Positions 9,608 through 19,096 of a stretch of 64,000 nucleotides of DNA are shown one piece after another. The stretch's first letter is position 1. Every line of letters starts with the position of its first letter. This DNA comes from a virus (lineage: Duplodnaviria > Caudoviricetes), in the IMG/VR virus record IMGVR_UViG_3300030330_005745, positions 1 through 64,000 of that record; one strand, 5' to 3'. The notes beneath the pieces were generated by a model. It had not been told where the DNA came from. It did not search any database and saw nothing but the letters and a program-made list of their open reading frames with translations. The translations under genes and the position numbers were made by a program.

Positions 9608-9934
9608 TCAGCCCCAGGGATCCAGGTAGTGTCGTTGTGGACGCATTTTGTACCTGATCAGCAGGTCAAGTCGGTTGTCTTTTTCGATATTGAAGCGGTC
9701 GTGAACGACTGCGTGGTTGTCTGGGCATTCTCCAGTGCGGAGGTAGTAGACAATCCTGTGCGCCAGATACTCTTCATTGTCCAGAGGGACAATGTAATAC
9801 CCGTTGATTTTGTTGCGGCGAGTAACAAAACGGTTTTTTCTGACCCAACGCAAGCCACTTGGATGTTCGTCCGTCAGCTCTAAACGTTCCTGAATGATCC
9901 ATAGAGGAGGCATTTCGCGGTAAACGCGTGACAC
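9608..9934 (-). CDS. HNH endonuclease-like protein (possibly degenerate)
   Basis: GLRW...GYYIV...YLAHRIVYYLRTG...VVHDRFNIEKDNR pattern of phage HNH proteins. Confidence 0.65.
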   Translation of the reverse strand: MSRVYREMPPLWIIQERLELTDEHPSGLRWVRKNRFVTRRNKINGYYIVPLDNEEYLAHRIVYYLRTGECPDNHAVVHDRFNIEKDNRLDLLIRYKMRPQRHYLDPWG

Positions 9935-10115
9935 AGAAAACCGGAATGAAAGAGATTTTTTCTATATCTAATATAAACGCCATTTTGAGGATTTTGTCGT
10001 TGTTCATTCCGGTTTTTACTAAGTCTCATGAGAAACGGAATGTACATGGACACTTTGCCCAAAGTGGCGTCTGCGTTATCTATAAAAGAAAATACGTTCA
10101 TTCCGGGTTTTTGTG
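9932..10115. repeat. Nested imperfect palindrome, candidate replication origin
   Basis: GGAATG/CATTCC boxes at 9943, 10005, 10037 and 10099, symmetric about 10023.5; outer arms match 17/19. Confidence 0.75.
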
Positions 10116-10162
10116 CACCGCAAGGTTCTTGGTTTGGTCTCAACCTAAGACTTATAGACCAT

Positions 10163-10192
10163 AAAAAAGCCTCCCGCTGGGGACGGAAGGCT
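10163..10192 (-). terminator. Intrinsic terminator after the glycosyltransferase gene
   Basis: AGCCT...AGGCT stem followed by a U6 tract on the minus strand. Confidence 0.7.
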
Positions 10193-10213
10193 CGGATGGG
10201 TCTGCGCTCGGCC

Positions 10214-11485
10214 TTAGCTTACCTCAGCCAGCTTCTTTTTCGTGCGTTTTGTTTTTTTCTTTTTCCTCTTCGATACCGTTTCCAGTTCCACGCCGTGATC
10301 GACCTCCTGTAGGACATCCTCAAAAATCCCACCAAATTGCGACGCGACTGTCTCCCACGCAAATTGCGTATCCGTAGCTCTCTGATAACAGAGTTCCGCA
10401 ACCGCCTCACGTTTACCTGGGCTTTCGTAAAGTTCCGTAAGGAGTTCAGCCAGGTGGTCCCCCGACGGGCACGGCATTTCTCGGGCATAGTTCGTGTCTA
10501 CATCAACGTGATCGCATCTGATCAGCTTGCCATAACCTTCAAAGATTTCTTTGCAAGATGTGTGGTTCGGGACGATTTGGGCGACCTTACATGCCGCATG
10601 TTCAAAGTTGACCAGGCCCCAGCCCTCACCCTTGCAGGTATTTACGCCTACGTCACAGGCGTTATAGATGCAGTTCAGCATGTCCACCTCGACGTTAGGC
10701 GGCTGATCCCCCTGGGCAGTACGGATGATTCGGCCATTTGGATCGAGGCCCTGCTTCTTCATTTCCCGTGCGAACACCGGCATGATGTCCCAGCCTTGGT
10801 CCTTGCCGCCCATGTGTAAATACAGCTGAGCGTCCGGTTTGTCTTTGGCAAATTTGGCAAAACCTTCGATTGTGATGTCGATACGCTTGCGGAACTGGTT
10901 CCGGTTACCGTTAAAAACAATGAAAATATCAGGATCTAGACCCAGTCTCTTCCGGGCTTCCTTCTTATCCATCGGATAGAACTGATCTGGCGTCATGCCA
11001 TGAGGAATCACTGCAACAGGCTGGGTGATACCACCGGCAATAAATTCGTGTGCGCCGAATTCGGTGTAGGAAATGACGGCATCCCACTTGTTGGCTGTGT
11101 CGGACAGTCCACCGATCCAGTTGTAGGAGTCCATGGGGGCATAGCCCACGAACTTAAATTTCTTCTGCTCGTGCAGGTCAGCAATCTGTTGGTATTGCTG
11201 GTTGATAATCCAGATGTCGTTGATGGTGAAGACGATGTCGGGCTTCTCTCGCTCTACGATCTCCCGAATCCGTTGCACGCCAAAGGGTTCCGTCTGGTAC
11301 CGGTTGGACGACGGGAACATTTTGTACCGGTCTTGTAGCGGTGTTGGGTCACCCCACCAGTTATGACCGAGGACACAGATTTCGAACTTATCGTCAAGAT
11401 GCTTGAGTACATTCTCAGTGACACGGGCAAACCCGGTCATGGCGACAATATCCCCACACCACAAAAGCTTTGGTTTCTTACTCAT
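10214..11485 (-). CDS. Glycosyltransferase, GT-B fold (GT4-like)
   Basis: TGFARV, IPHG, NRNQFRKRID and EGWGLVNFEHAAC (ExxGxxxxE) motifs. Confidence 0.88.
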   Translation of the reverse strand: MSKKPKLLWCGDIVAMTGFARVTENVLKHLDDKFEICVLGHNWWGDPTPLQDRYKMFPSSNRYQTEPFGVQRIREIVEREKPDIVFTINDIWIINQQYQQIADLHEQKKFKFVGYAPMDSYNWIGGLSDTANKWDAVISYTEFGAHEFIAGGITQPVAVIPHGMTPDQFYPMDKKEARKRLGLDPDIFIVFNGNRNQFRKRIDITIEGFAKFAKDKPDAQLYLHMGGKDQGWDIMPVFAREMKKQGLDPNGRIIRTAQGDQPPNVEVDMLNCIYNACDVGVNTCKGEGWGLVNFEHAACKVAQIVPNHTSCKEIFEGYGKLIRCDHVDVDTNYAREMPCPSGDHLAELLTELYESPGKREAVAELCYQRATDTQFAWETVASQFGGIFEDVLQEVDHGVELETVSKRKKKKTKRTKKKLAEVS

Positions 11486-11509
11486 TTAGCGGTAATATTC
11501 TCCACCCAA

Positions 11510-11869
11510 CTATACACAGTTTGAAGGAGTTATCGACCTTACAAGTTCTTTCTCCTCTACATTTTCAGCGGCAAGTCTATTTTTTAAATACTGTGCAGCT
11601 GCGTGAGTATCAGTTTCTTCTCCGCAGGTATAAAGATCGATAGCGCAGTAGCCGATCTCAGGCCAGGTGTGGATTGAAGCGTGGGATTCAGCAAGGAGTG
11701 CCAAGACTGTCACACCTTGTGGTTCGAATTTATTGCTGATGATCCGCAAAACGTTAGCTTTTGCCATGCGTAATGCGGATTCCAGTGCCTGCACCAGTAG
11801 TTGGCGGTCATCCAGCACAATTTTGCTGCATCCGTACATGTCCAGAATCAGGTGCCGACCGTCGCTCAT
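11510..11869 (-). CDS. speD: S-adenosylmethionine decarboxylase proenzyme
   Basis: GRHLILDMYGC, LAE-SHASIHTWPE self-cleavage site, DLYTCG. Confidence 0.95.
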   Translation of the reverse strand: MSDGRHLILDMYGCSKIVLDDRQLLVQALESALRMAKANVLRIISNKFEPQGVTVLALLAESHASIHTWPEIGYCAIDLYTCGEETDTHAAAQYLKNRLAAENVEEKELVRSITPSNCV

Positions 11870-14493
11870 TCCTCTTCTCCTGTTTTGGGCTCGTGGTTTT
11901 TATCGATGATGTCGCCGTAGTGAACACGCCATTCATCTTTGTTTAAACCCACCTCGACGATAGAGGGGAACTTCTCATATTTCTGGTCAGATGAGCGGCA
12001 AGCCACGTTGACCACCCGCATTCCCCTACGATTCTTGAACTTGTAGACGTTGAGTTGGAGCTGGTGAACACAGATGTCCATCAGCAGGGACTCAAAACGA
12101 CTGCGGCCCAGGATGTTGCTGTTGGACGACCGAGCAAATTCGCAGTAGCTGGCATAGAGCCACTTATCCCAGTTGACGAAAATATTGGACGTGCCCCCTG
12201 GGGAATGCTTAGCCAATCCAATGGGAGTGGAGATGCCCGGATCAAAGATGAGGCAGTGCTCCATCCAATCCATGATCTGGTTGGATTTCAGGATCTGTTC
12301 ACGGTGATGCTTGGCAAAGAAGTCAACTTTCTTATTGGTTTCCATCAGGTATTCCCGCATCTCTGCCTCCGAGAGATCGAGGACCCAATTCACCAATCCG
12401 GGAAGGAGTTCCGAAAAGTCACCGAAAGGATGACCTCTGTCATCCATATCAATAAGCGTACGCTGTTCTGCAGAGCTGCCGGTGAAAGGGCGATCGAAAG
12501 GAATGGTAAGCCGACGGCGAGCAAGACCAGAAGTGGGATCTGTCGTTTGAATCGGTTCATTGGCCGTGATCATGACCAGTCCGTTGAACTTAAACGGTTT
12601 CTGGGAACCTGACTGAAACTTGCGTTCATTACGTATCAAATCACGTCCAGTCAGTGCCTTCAGCACGGAGACTGATCCGCCGTAACGTTCCACATCATTG
12701 AAGAGCAGAAGCTTTTTCTTGTAGAGGTTTGCGGTTTCGAAACGGTTTTTCTCCAGGTGCTCCAGAGAGGAGATCATGGCGTTGTCATCACCCACCAAAG
12801 CGTGAGCGAGGTTGGAGTAAGTGGATTTACCTGACTTACCAGGACCAACAATTTCAACGAATTTTTGGACCTCGGAGTTACCCATCAGCACGGCACGGAG
12901 CCATGCACGAAGGACCTGCACACGGCCCCAGTTGCCATCCTGAGCGTTCTTAAGCCACTTAATGATGGGTTCACAAGTAGCACTAGGATCGTACTCATAG
13001 GGGAGCTGCTGGGTCATATACATCTCCCGATCGAACGGCAGAAGCTCCTTGGATTCGACGTCCAAGATCCCGTTCGTGAAGAGAAGTTGGTTGTTACCTT
13101 CGTACCAATCTTCGAAGATGACGCTGATCCGCAGCTGCTCCATCACGTCATTGATGAGGTTCATGCTGTAGCCATTCGGCAGCAGATCCTCTTTCACCAT
13201 CTCAAATTTATTTTTGATCTCACCTTTGATTTCGATGTCCGAAAGCTGAGTCCAAAGACCTTTGCTTTTGTATTCGTAAAGGTAGAAGCAGCCTTGCGTC
13301 TGGCAGTAGCGCAGATTCCCTTTCCAAAGTTGAAGGACAATATCAGTTACGGTATCCGATGAAGGATTGCGCTTCTTGCTGTCTTTCCCTTTCTTGTCGT
13401 TGATTACCGGTTGTGCCCAACCACCACGACTCATTGAGGGGAAGGGGAGATCTGTTGTGCTGACTGTTTTTTTCTTAGGCCGTACGTCTTGGCTTTCGAT
13501 TTCAGCAAGCAGTTGTGCTGCATGTTCCAGCGTTACGTCATCAACGCCGAGTGCTTTGTAGTCCTGCGATGGTTTCCATCCGTGCTCCTGGGCGACATGG
13601 ATCAGAGAACCGATGCCACGTCCACCTTCTTTACTGAAGGAACGCCAACGGCGAGCACATTCACCGTCTTTGTATTTGTCAGATTGATGGGACCAGGAAT
13701 CCCACTGATCTAACAGTGATTCGTCTAGCGAATGAAGCGACTGGCCAACGGTGATCCAGATGTCATAGTCATCGGCAGCCTCTGGGGGCATTGCCCACAT
13801 TGCTTCAGCGGCCAGTTGGATGTCCCGTTCCAGGGAGATCTCAGCGTTAATTGCAAAGCCAGGGCCGACGATCCGAGTGGTTTCACTTGCCGGTACGCCT
13901 TGCTTGACGTTCTTATTGATGATGGCGTTCAGTAGCCAGTCCGGCAGTTCAGGCAGGCTGTCAACCCATTCGAAACCCTGGCCCTCAGCGGTGTAGTATC
14001 CTTCCGTCTCAGGGTGAAGGCCCATCACCACCCCTTGGTGGCGCTTCCACAGAACCTCTAGTTTTTCCTTGTTCTCTTCTGCATGCCAGGTGTATTTGTT
14101 TCTGACGAAATGCTTATGCTTTTCGCGGTCTAGCTTGTATAGTTTCTTCTCACGGCCCTCTTTGCCACTGAGAACTGTCAGGGTGTTGGGCAGTGCAGTT
14201 GCGAAGTCTGTTCCGGCAACTTCTTCGATGAGTTTGTAAACACTTGGGCCATCGATATCGACCCAAACCAAGCCATAAGGATGATTGTAGACAGGACCAC
14301 CCAGTACTCCGACGGCTTTACAGTGCCCGGTGAGTGTCTCCTCCTCAATTTCTCGTACGCTATAGGGGTTGTTCTGCCATCCCGAAATGTACGGGTCCTT
14401 ATTGGCACCCAGCGGCGTAAGCGGCCAGTCGATCGGTAGATAGTCAAGGCGGATTTCTCCTGGTCGTAATGACTGTGGTTGCTTATTTGCCAT
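11866..14493 (-). CDS. Primase-helicase: Prim-Pol + PriCT-2 + P4/D5-family SF3 helicase
   Basis: WVDIDG primase motif; YDIWITVGQSLH (PriCT-2); Walker A GPGKSGKST; LLLFND; MITANE. Confidence 0.92.
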   Translation of the reverse strand: MANKQPQSLRPGEIRLDYLPIDWPLTPLGANKDPYISGWQNNPYSVREIEEETLTGHCKAVGVLGGPVYNHPYGLVWVDIDGPSVYKLIEEVAGTDFATALPNTLTVLSGKEGREKKLYKLDREKHKHFVRNKYTWHAEENKEKLEVLWKRHQGVVMGLHPETEGYYTAEGQGFEWVDSLPELPDWLLNAIINKNVKQGVPASETTRIVGPGFAINAEISLERDIQLAAEAMWAMPPEAADDYDIWITVGQSLHSLDESLLDQWDSWSHQSDKYKDGECARRWRSFSKEGGRGIGSLIHVAQEHGWKPSQDYKALGVDDVTLEHAAQLLAEIESQDVRPKKKTVSTTDLPFPSMSRGGWAQPVINDKKGKDSKKRNPSSDTVTDIVLQLWKGNLRYCQTQGCFYLYEYKSKGLWTQLSDIEIKGEIKNKFEMVKEDLLPNGYSMNLINDVMEQLRISVIFEDWYEGNNQLLFTNGILDVESKELLPFDREMYMTQQLPYEYDPSATCEPIIKWLKNAQDGNWGRVQVLRAWLRAVLMGNSEVQKFVEIVGPGKSGKSTYSNLAHALVGDDNAMISSLEHLEKNRFETANLYKKKLLLFNDVERYGGSVSVLKALTGRDLIRNERKFQSGSQKPFKFNGLVMITANEPIQTTDPTSGLARRRLTIPFDRPFTGSSAEQRTLIDMDDRGHPFGDFSELLPGLVNWVLDLSEAEMREYLMETNKKVDFFAKHHREQILKSNQIMDWMEHCLIFDPGISTPIGLAKHSPGGTSNIFVNWDKWLYASYCEFARSSNSNILGRSRFESLLMDICVHQLQLNVYKFKNRRGMRVVNVACRSSDQKYEKFPSIVEVGLNKDEWRVHYGDIIDKNHEPKTGEEE

Positions 14494-14498
14494 TATTT

Positions 14499-14714
14499 TT
14501 ATTCGTTAACTTCCACTTTAAAGTGCTTGTTTGCGAAACGTTCGTCGTTCAGCAACATAAATGCATGCAAATGCATGACTGTTGGAAGATGGAAACAGTC
14601 GCCTTCATTGGCCGCCTCCATATAATTTTTGAGCGCAAAAAGCCACTCACCCATATGCACATGGATGTCCATGAGGGTCCCCAGTTGAGCGTCTCTATAT
14701 CCTAGGCTGGTCAA
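14499..14714 (-). CDS. Hypothetical protein
   Basis: 71-aa ORF directly upstream of the primase. Confidence 0.55.
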   Translation of the reverse strand: MTSLGYRDAQLGTLMDIHVHMGEWLFALKNYMEAANEGDCFHLPTVMHLHAFMLLNDERFANKHFKVEVNE

Positions 14715-14794
14715 TCCCGGGTGAGATTAGGCATTTATTTAGATAACAAAGTCTCATAAGTCTTGTGATAAGTATTTAAGTTTTGTAACTTTTC

Positions 14795-15649
14795 TTAGAT
14801 CAAGTCGGGGTCGTACACATTGCAGTTTTCAATTTGCTTGTAGTATTCCTCGACGATTTTGTACCAATCCTCCCGCAGGATGTCCAAGAACCTCCGCGAG
14901 ATCTTGAAAATCTGAGTACGGGCAGGCGTTGAGACCAAGATGGCAGCCTGCTGAACCTTCATGTCCAGGGTCTGCTCGATGGCGATGTCGTACGCAGCCA
15001 GTTGCTTACAGGTTTTTTTGAACTTCATGTGGCCGCCCAACAGGTCACGCCATTCTGGTGACCCCTTTTCCAAGTCTTTCGGCCAGCGTCGGCTGTAGGG
15101 TTTCACGCTGGTTTTCAAATCAGCAAGCGTGAGTTTGCCATTGGCAACAGCAATGATGTCAGGCGCACCGGCCCAGGCTCTGCCCTCGCTGTCACTACCC
15201 CAAACCCGGGCGACTTCATCAGCACCCATCGTGAAGTCAAACTTATCTAGTACAGGGGATTCAGCCCAGAGAACTTCTTCGAATTGATCCAGGATTGGCG
15301 GCATGCCTGCCCAGAAATCCTTGTATTCATCAGCGATCTCAGGGTTTTTATTCCCTTTGAGGTAGCACTCCATCCCGTAGTGAATGGCGGTACCACGCTC
15401 GGCAGCCTTCTCTTTTACACCTGGGTTGTTTTTAGACCACATCTCCAGCTTCCGTTTGTTTGCTTCGGATGCTGTCTCACCGATGATGGTTGTCACTGAC
15501 GGAGCAGGGCCAGTGGGCAGAGGCGTAGTGTAGTGCCGTTTGCCGTTAAGGGATATTCGTGCGGCGGTCTTATTCAGACCACGCATACGAGTTTGTTTCT
15601 CCTCCTCGGATAGATTCCAGGGATCGTTGATATCTACCTGTTCAATCAT
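14795..15649 (-). CDS. PD-(D/E)XK exonuclease
   Basis: PSVTTI, ERGTAIH, AGAPD, ADLKTS and QLAAY motifs. Confidence 0.88.
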   Translation of the reverse strand: MIEQVDINDPWNLSEEEKQTRMRGLNKTAARISLNGKRHYTTPLPTGPAPSVTTIIGETASEANKRKLEMWSKNNPGVKEKAAERGTAIHYGMECYLKGNKNPEIADEYKDFWAGMPPILDQFEEVLWAESPVLDKFDFTMGADEVARVWGSDSEGRAWAGAPDIIAVANGKLTLADLKTSVKPYSRRWPKDLEKGSPEWRDLLGGHMKFKKTCKQLAAYDIAIEQTLDMKVQQAAILVSTPARTQIFKISRRFLDILREDWYKIVEEYYKQIENCNVYDPDLI

Positions 15650-15698
15650 TAGGTTATGAAAACCTTTGTTAGATTATTGTAGGGGCAAACTAACAACA

Positions 15699-15809
15699 AT
15701 GAAAGGTTTTTACTTTGCCATATTTGGCATCTTAGGCGCGATTCTGCTTCTTGCAGGGGTTGACTTCTATTATTTGCTGCAGGATACCAATTCGATCTAC
15801 CACAAATAA
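15699..15809 (+). CDS. 36-aa single-TM peptide
   Basis: Hand translation MKGFYFAIFGILGAILLLAGVDFYYLLQDTNSIYHK. Confidence 0.5.
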   Translation: MKGFYFAIFGILGAILLLAGVDFYYLLQDTNSIYHK

Positions 15810-15811
15810 TT

Positions 15812-15970
15812 ATGGTGAATTTAGTTCGCTTTTATTTTGACACAGACGAGGAATGCAGGACGGGTTGCTTTGACGGTAAGCCAATCGAAGATGTGGACGC
15901 GGATAAGGCGGATGATTTCGAACAGTATTTGATCGACCAAAATATTGGCTACATTCGGATTGATCTCTAA
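15812..15970 (+). CDS. 52-aa acidic protein
   Basis: Hand translation MVNLVRFYFDTDEECRTGCFDGKPIEDVDAD...IRIDL; tight spacing with neighbours. Confidence 0.55.
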   Translation: MVNLVRFYFDTDEECRTGCFDGKPIEDVDADKADDFEQYLIDQNIGYIRIDL

Positions 15971-15979
15971 GACCAAGCC

Positions 15980-16825
15980 GTGACCAAGACGATTGCATTT
16001 CTTACCTTATGGCGTGATAACGAGAAGATTTTAGATCGTTCTTTGTCTCAACTTGAGACTATGGAAGACGAGCTAATCCCCAAGGGGTACCGTTTTACCT
16101 ACGCTTTTCTTGAGAACGATTCGAAAGATGAGACTGCAATGAGACTGTACAAGTGGTTGCGTGAGCGGCGCGGCTTCTTGATCTCAGAGCAAATCGATGC
16201 ACCCAAGTGGGGAAGCGTTGCATTAACTGAACGTACCCGATGGCTTGCCCGATATCGCAACGTATGTTTAGCGGCGTTGGATTTCTGGAAGTATGACTAC
16301 CTTGTTGTGGCCGATAGTGATGTTCACTTCAAGCCAGATCTATTGACACAGATGGTTGATCATCTTGATCAGAATCCTGACTGGGGAATGATCACACCGA
16401 ATACTGTGCAGAATGTTGCGGATCACGTTGGTGAAACTGATCTGCCCTCCTACTTCGACAGCTGGACGTTAATTGATAAACAGAAAATGCAAGGCATGAC
16501 CTTTGCTGCCAATCCGTTTTTGTCTTCGCATGATCGTGAGGACTGGGAGAAAGGTCACCCGATCTCTGTGTATAGCGCCTTCGGTTCAATCGCCATGATC
16601 CGTGGTGAAATTCCTCAGGAATATGAGGTGCATTGGAGTGCTGAGGTTGGTTGTGAACACACGGGTTTGTGTGAAGACATCACCAAGATTGGCTACGAAA
16701 TTATTGTTGACCCCAAGTTACATGCAGAAATTATTCACGAGGAGCCGGTGATTCCCGACCCCGCCGTGGTAAAAATGCATCAGGATCGCCTTAAGTTAGC
16801 TGAGGCCTCCACTTTGCTCGAGTAA
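15980..16825 (+). CDS. Glycosyltransferase, GT-A fold (CAP59/Anp1-like)
   Basis: FLENDSKDET, LARYRN, DxD motif ADSDV, SAFGSIAM, CEH. Confidence 0.8.
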   Translation: MTKTIAFLTLWRDNEKILDRSLSQLETMEDELIPKGYRFTYAFLENDSKDETAMRLYKWLRERRGFLISEQIDAPKWGSVALTERTRWLARYRNVCLAALDFWKYDYLVVADSDVHFKPDLLTQMVDHLDQNPDWGMITPNTVQNVADHVGETDLPSYFDSWTLIDKQKMQGMTFAANPFLSSHDREDWEKGHPISVYSAFGSIAMIRGEIPQEYEVHWSAEVGCEHTGLCEDITKIGYEIIVDPKLHAEIIHEEPVIPDPAVVKMHQDRLKLAEASTLLE

Positions 16826-17836
16826 ATCGTGGTCGATCATCTCCTGGACGAGAGTTTCGAAGGTGTACTTTGGCAACCAACGCAGTTGTTTCAGTGCTTT
16901 TCGAGGATCTCCCAGGAGAGTTTCAACTTCAGCAGGACGATAATACTGAGGACTTACTCGGATGATTGTTTGTCCTAGTGTCCTGCTGTAACCAATTTCA
17001 TGCTCACGCTCCCCTTGCCATTCAAGGTTTAAGTTGAGTCGATCCGCTGCAACTTCGCAGAATTGTCGAACGCTGTGCTGCATACCCGTGGCGATCACAT
17101 AATCTTCGGGCTTTTCTTGCTGCATCATGCGCCACATGGCATCCACATAGTCGGAAGCATGGCCCCAATCCCGCTTGGCTTCTAGGTTTCCAAGTTCAAT
17201 AAACTCTTTTTTCCCTTTTAAAATTTGCGCCAGACCCTGTGTGATCTTCTTCGTCACGAAATTTTCGCCACGAATCGGGCTTTCATGGTTGAAGAGGATG
17301 CCGTTACAACCAAATAAGTCGTAGCTTTCCCGGTAGTTGACGGTCAGCCAGTAGGAAAAAAGTTTGGCAACACCGTAGGGACTGCGTGGATAGAAGGGTG
17401 TCGCCTCATTTTGGGGGCATTCTTGTACCTTGCCGAACATTTCGGAGGTCGAAGCCTGGTAAAAACGGGGTGCATCACTACCCATTGACCGGCATGCCTC
17501 AAGGACATTCATCGGTCCAAGTGCATTTGCAGTCGCGGTACTGACTGGGGATTGAAAACTGATCCCAACATGGCTTTGCGCTGCCAAGTTGTAGACCTCA
17601 TCTGGTACAAAGTCGTGAACAATCCGTGTCAGTGACGGGGCGTCCGTAAGATCTGAGTAGAAAAGTTCAATGCTTTCAGGGATTTTGCCGCCAAAAACCC
17701 ACTCTAATTTTTTTAGTTGTCCAGGAACAGACGTACGTCTCAGAATACCGGCGACGGTATAACCAATGTCGTAAAGCCTTTTTGCAAGATATGCGCCATC
17801 TTGTCCAGTGATTCCTGTGATTAAAGCTCGCGTCAT
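16796..17836 (-). CDS. gmd: GDP-mannose 4,6-dehydratase
   Basis: ITGITGQDGAYL, YNLAAQSHV, YQASTSEMFG, SPYGVAKL, RDWGHA; start placed at MTRALIT. Confidence 0.97.
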   Translation of the reverse strand: MTRALITGITGQDGAYLAKRLYDIGYTVAGILRRTSVPGQLKKLEWVFGGKIPESIELFYSDLTDAPSLTRIVHDFVPDEVYNLAAQSHVGISFQSPVSTATANALGPMNVLEACRSMGSDAPRFYQASTSEMFGKVQECPQNEATPFYPRSPYGVAKLFSYWLTVNYRESYDLFGCNGILFNHESPIRGENFVTKKITQGLAQILKGKKEFIELGNLEAKRDWGHASDYVDAMWRMMQQEKPEDYVIATGMQHSVRQFCEVAADRLNLNLEWQGEREHEIGYSRTLGQTIIRVSPQYYRPAEVETLLGDPRKALKQLRWLPKYTFETLVQEMIDHDLLEQSGGLS

Positions 17837-17923
17837 TGGCCCCCTATAGCGATATTCTGTTGGCACATAATGCATACCAACTCACTTTTACAGCTAAAGT
17901 ATAGCCGTAAGTGATAACGAGAC

Positions 17924-19096
17924 ATGAGATCTTTCAAGTGGCCTTTACAGCGCAATACGATTGGGCTGCAAGAGCGTCTATCACAGATTAAATTTTGGGC
18001 AACTGCTGATCGTTTTACGAACGGACCTGAGGTACGTGCGTTTGAAAAAGAGTGGTCAGATTGGCAAGGAAGTGAATACTCTCTTTATGTAGGCAATGGA
18101 TCTGTTGCAAACTTTCTGCTGTTAGATGCGGTCAAAGAAAAATTTTTCCCCAAACACGAGAAGCTAACGATCTTTGCGCCTGCAATTAACTGGGCGACTA
18201 ATATCTCGACGTTCTTTCAGCAACGTCATAACGTTTATTTCTACGACATTGACTACACCAGCTACAGCCCGACCATTGAGTCAGTCACTGAATTAGCAGA
18301 GAAAGGTATTAAGCCTGACATTATTTACCTGACGCATGTCTTGGGCATCTCGAATGATATGCAACGTGTGAAAGATCTATGGCCTGGGGTCATGATCATC
18401 GAAGACTGCTGTGAGTCCCATGGTGCTGTAGATCCTAGAAGTGGGGCCAAAGTTGGAACGACAGGCATTGGTTCTACTTTTTCGTTCTACTTCGGCCACC
18501 ACATGAACACGGTCGAAGGCGGAATGATCAGTGTCAATGACCGTGATTTGTATAACTTGATGCGTGCCAAGAGGTCCCACGGTCTATCCCGTGAGATGTT
18601 GCCGCATCAACGCAACCTTGTTGAGCATGAATACAGCGATATCGACCCATCATTCTTGTTCCCCACTAAGGGTTACAACTTCCGCAACACTGAAAGCGGT
18701 GCAGTTCTTGGTCGAGTACAGCTCAAAAAGCTCGATACATGGAACAAAAAAAGATCTGAAAACTACTATGCCTTCTGTATGCAGATGGCACCACAGCATT
18801 GGATTGAGCATGTAGCAACACCTGAGGGTAACTCTGCGATGACTTTGCCGTTCCATTGTTGTACGGAACGACAGGCATCTCATCTGAAAAAAGAATTGAA
18901 GAAGCGTGGTATTGAAACCCGGCCTTTTTTGGTCGGCAACCTTTTGCTGCAACCGTTCATGAGTGGCTATACATCTCCGATTAAGTTGCCAAATACAGAA
19001 AGAATGCATACACATTCGTTCTACATTGGTAATAATCAGTTTGTTACACCCGCCGATATTCGGGCATTGGCGCAGGAGTTGAAATGCGTATTCTGA
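17924..19096 (+). CDS. colD: PLP-dependent GDP-4-keto-6-deoxymannose 3-dehydratase-like enzyme (DegT superfamily, His-type)
   Basis: EDCCESHGA, STFSFYFGHHMNTVEGG (His where aminotransferases have Lys), RSHG, GYNFR, RPFLVGN; divergent from gmd. Confidence 0.8.
   Translation: MRSFKWPLQRNTIGLQERLSQIKFWATADRFTNGPEVRAFEKEWSDWQGSEYSLYVGNGSVANFLLLDAVKEKFFPKHEKLTIFAPAINWATNISTFFQQRHNVYFYDIDYTSYSPTIESVTELAEKGIKPDIIYLTHVLGISNDMQRVKDLWPGVMIIEDCCESHGAVDPRSGAKVGTTGIGSTFSFYFGHHMNTVEGGMISVNDRDLYNLMRAKRSHGLSREMLPHQRNLVEHEYSDIDPSFLFPTKGYNFRNTESGAVLGRVQLKKLDTWNKKRSENYYAFCMQMAPQHWIEHVATPEGNSAMTLPFHCCTERQASHLKKELKKRGIETRPFLVGNLLLQPFMSGYTSPIKLPNTERMHTHSFYIGNNQFVTPADIRALAQELKCVF

Noticed and set aside
9928-10118. 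Protelomerase (telRL) site
   Set aside because: The palindrome is imperfect and no tyrosine recombinase or protelomerase is in the window.
17924-19096. Perosamine synthase annotation
   Set aside because: The Schiff-base Lys position is His (GHHM), which fits ColD/E1 dehydratases.
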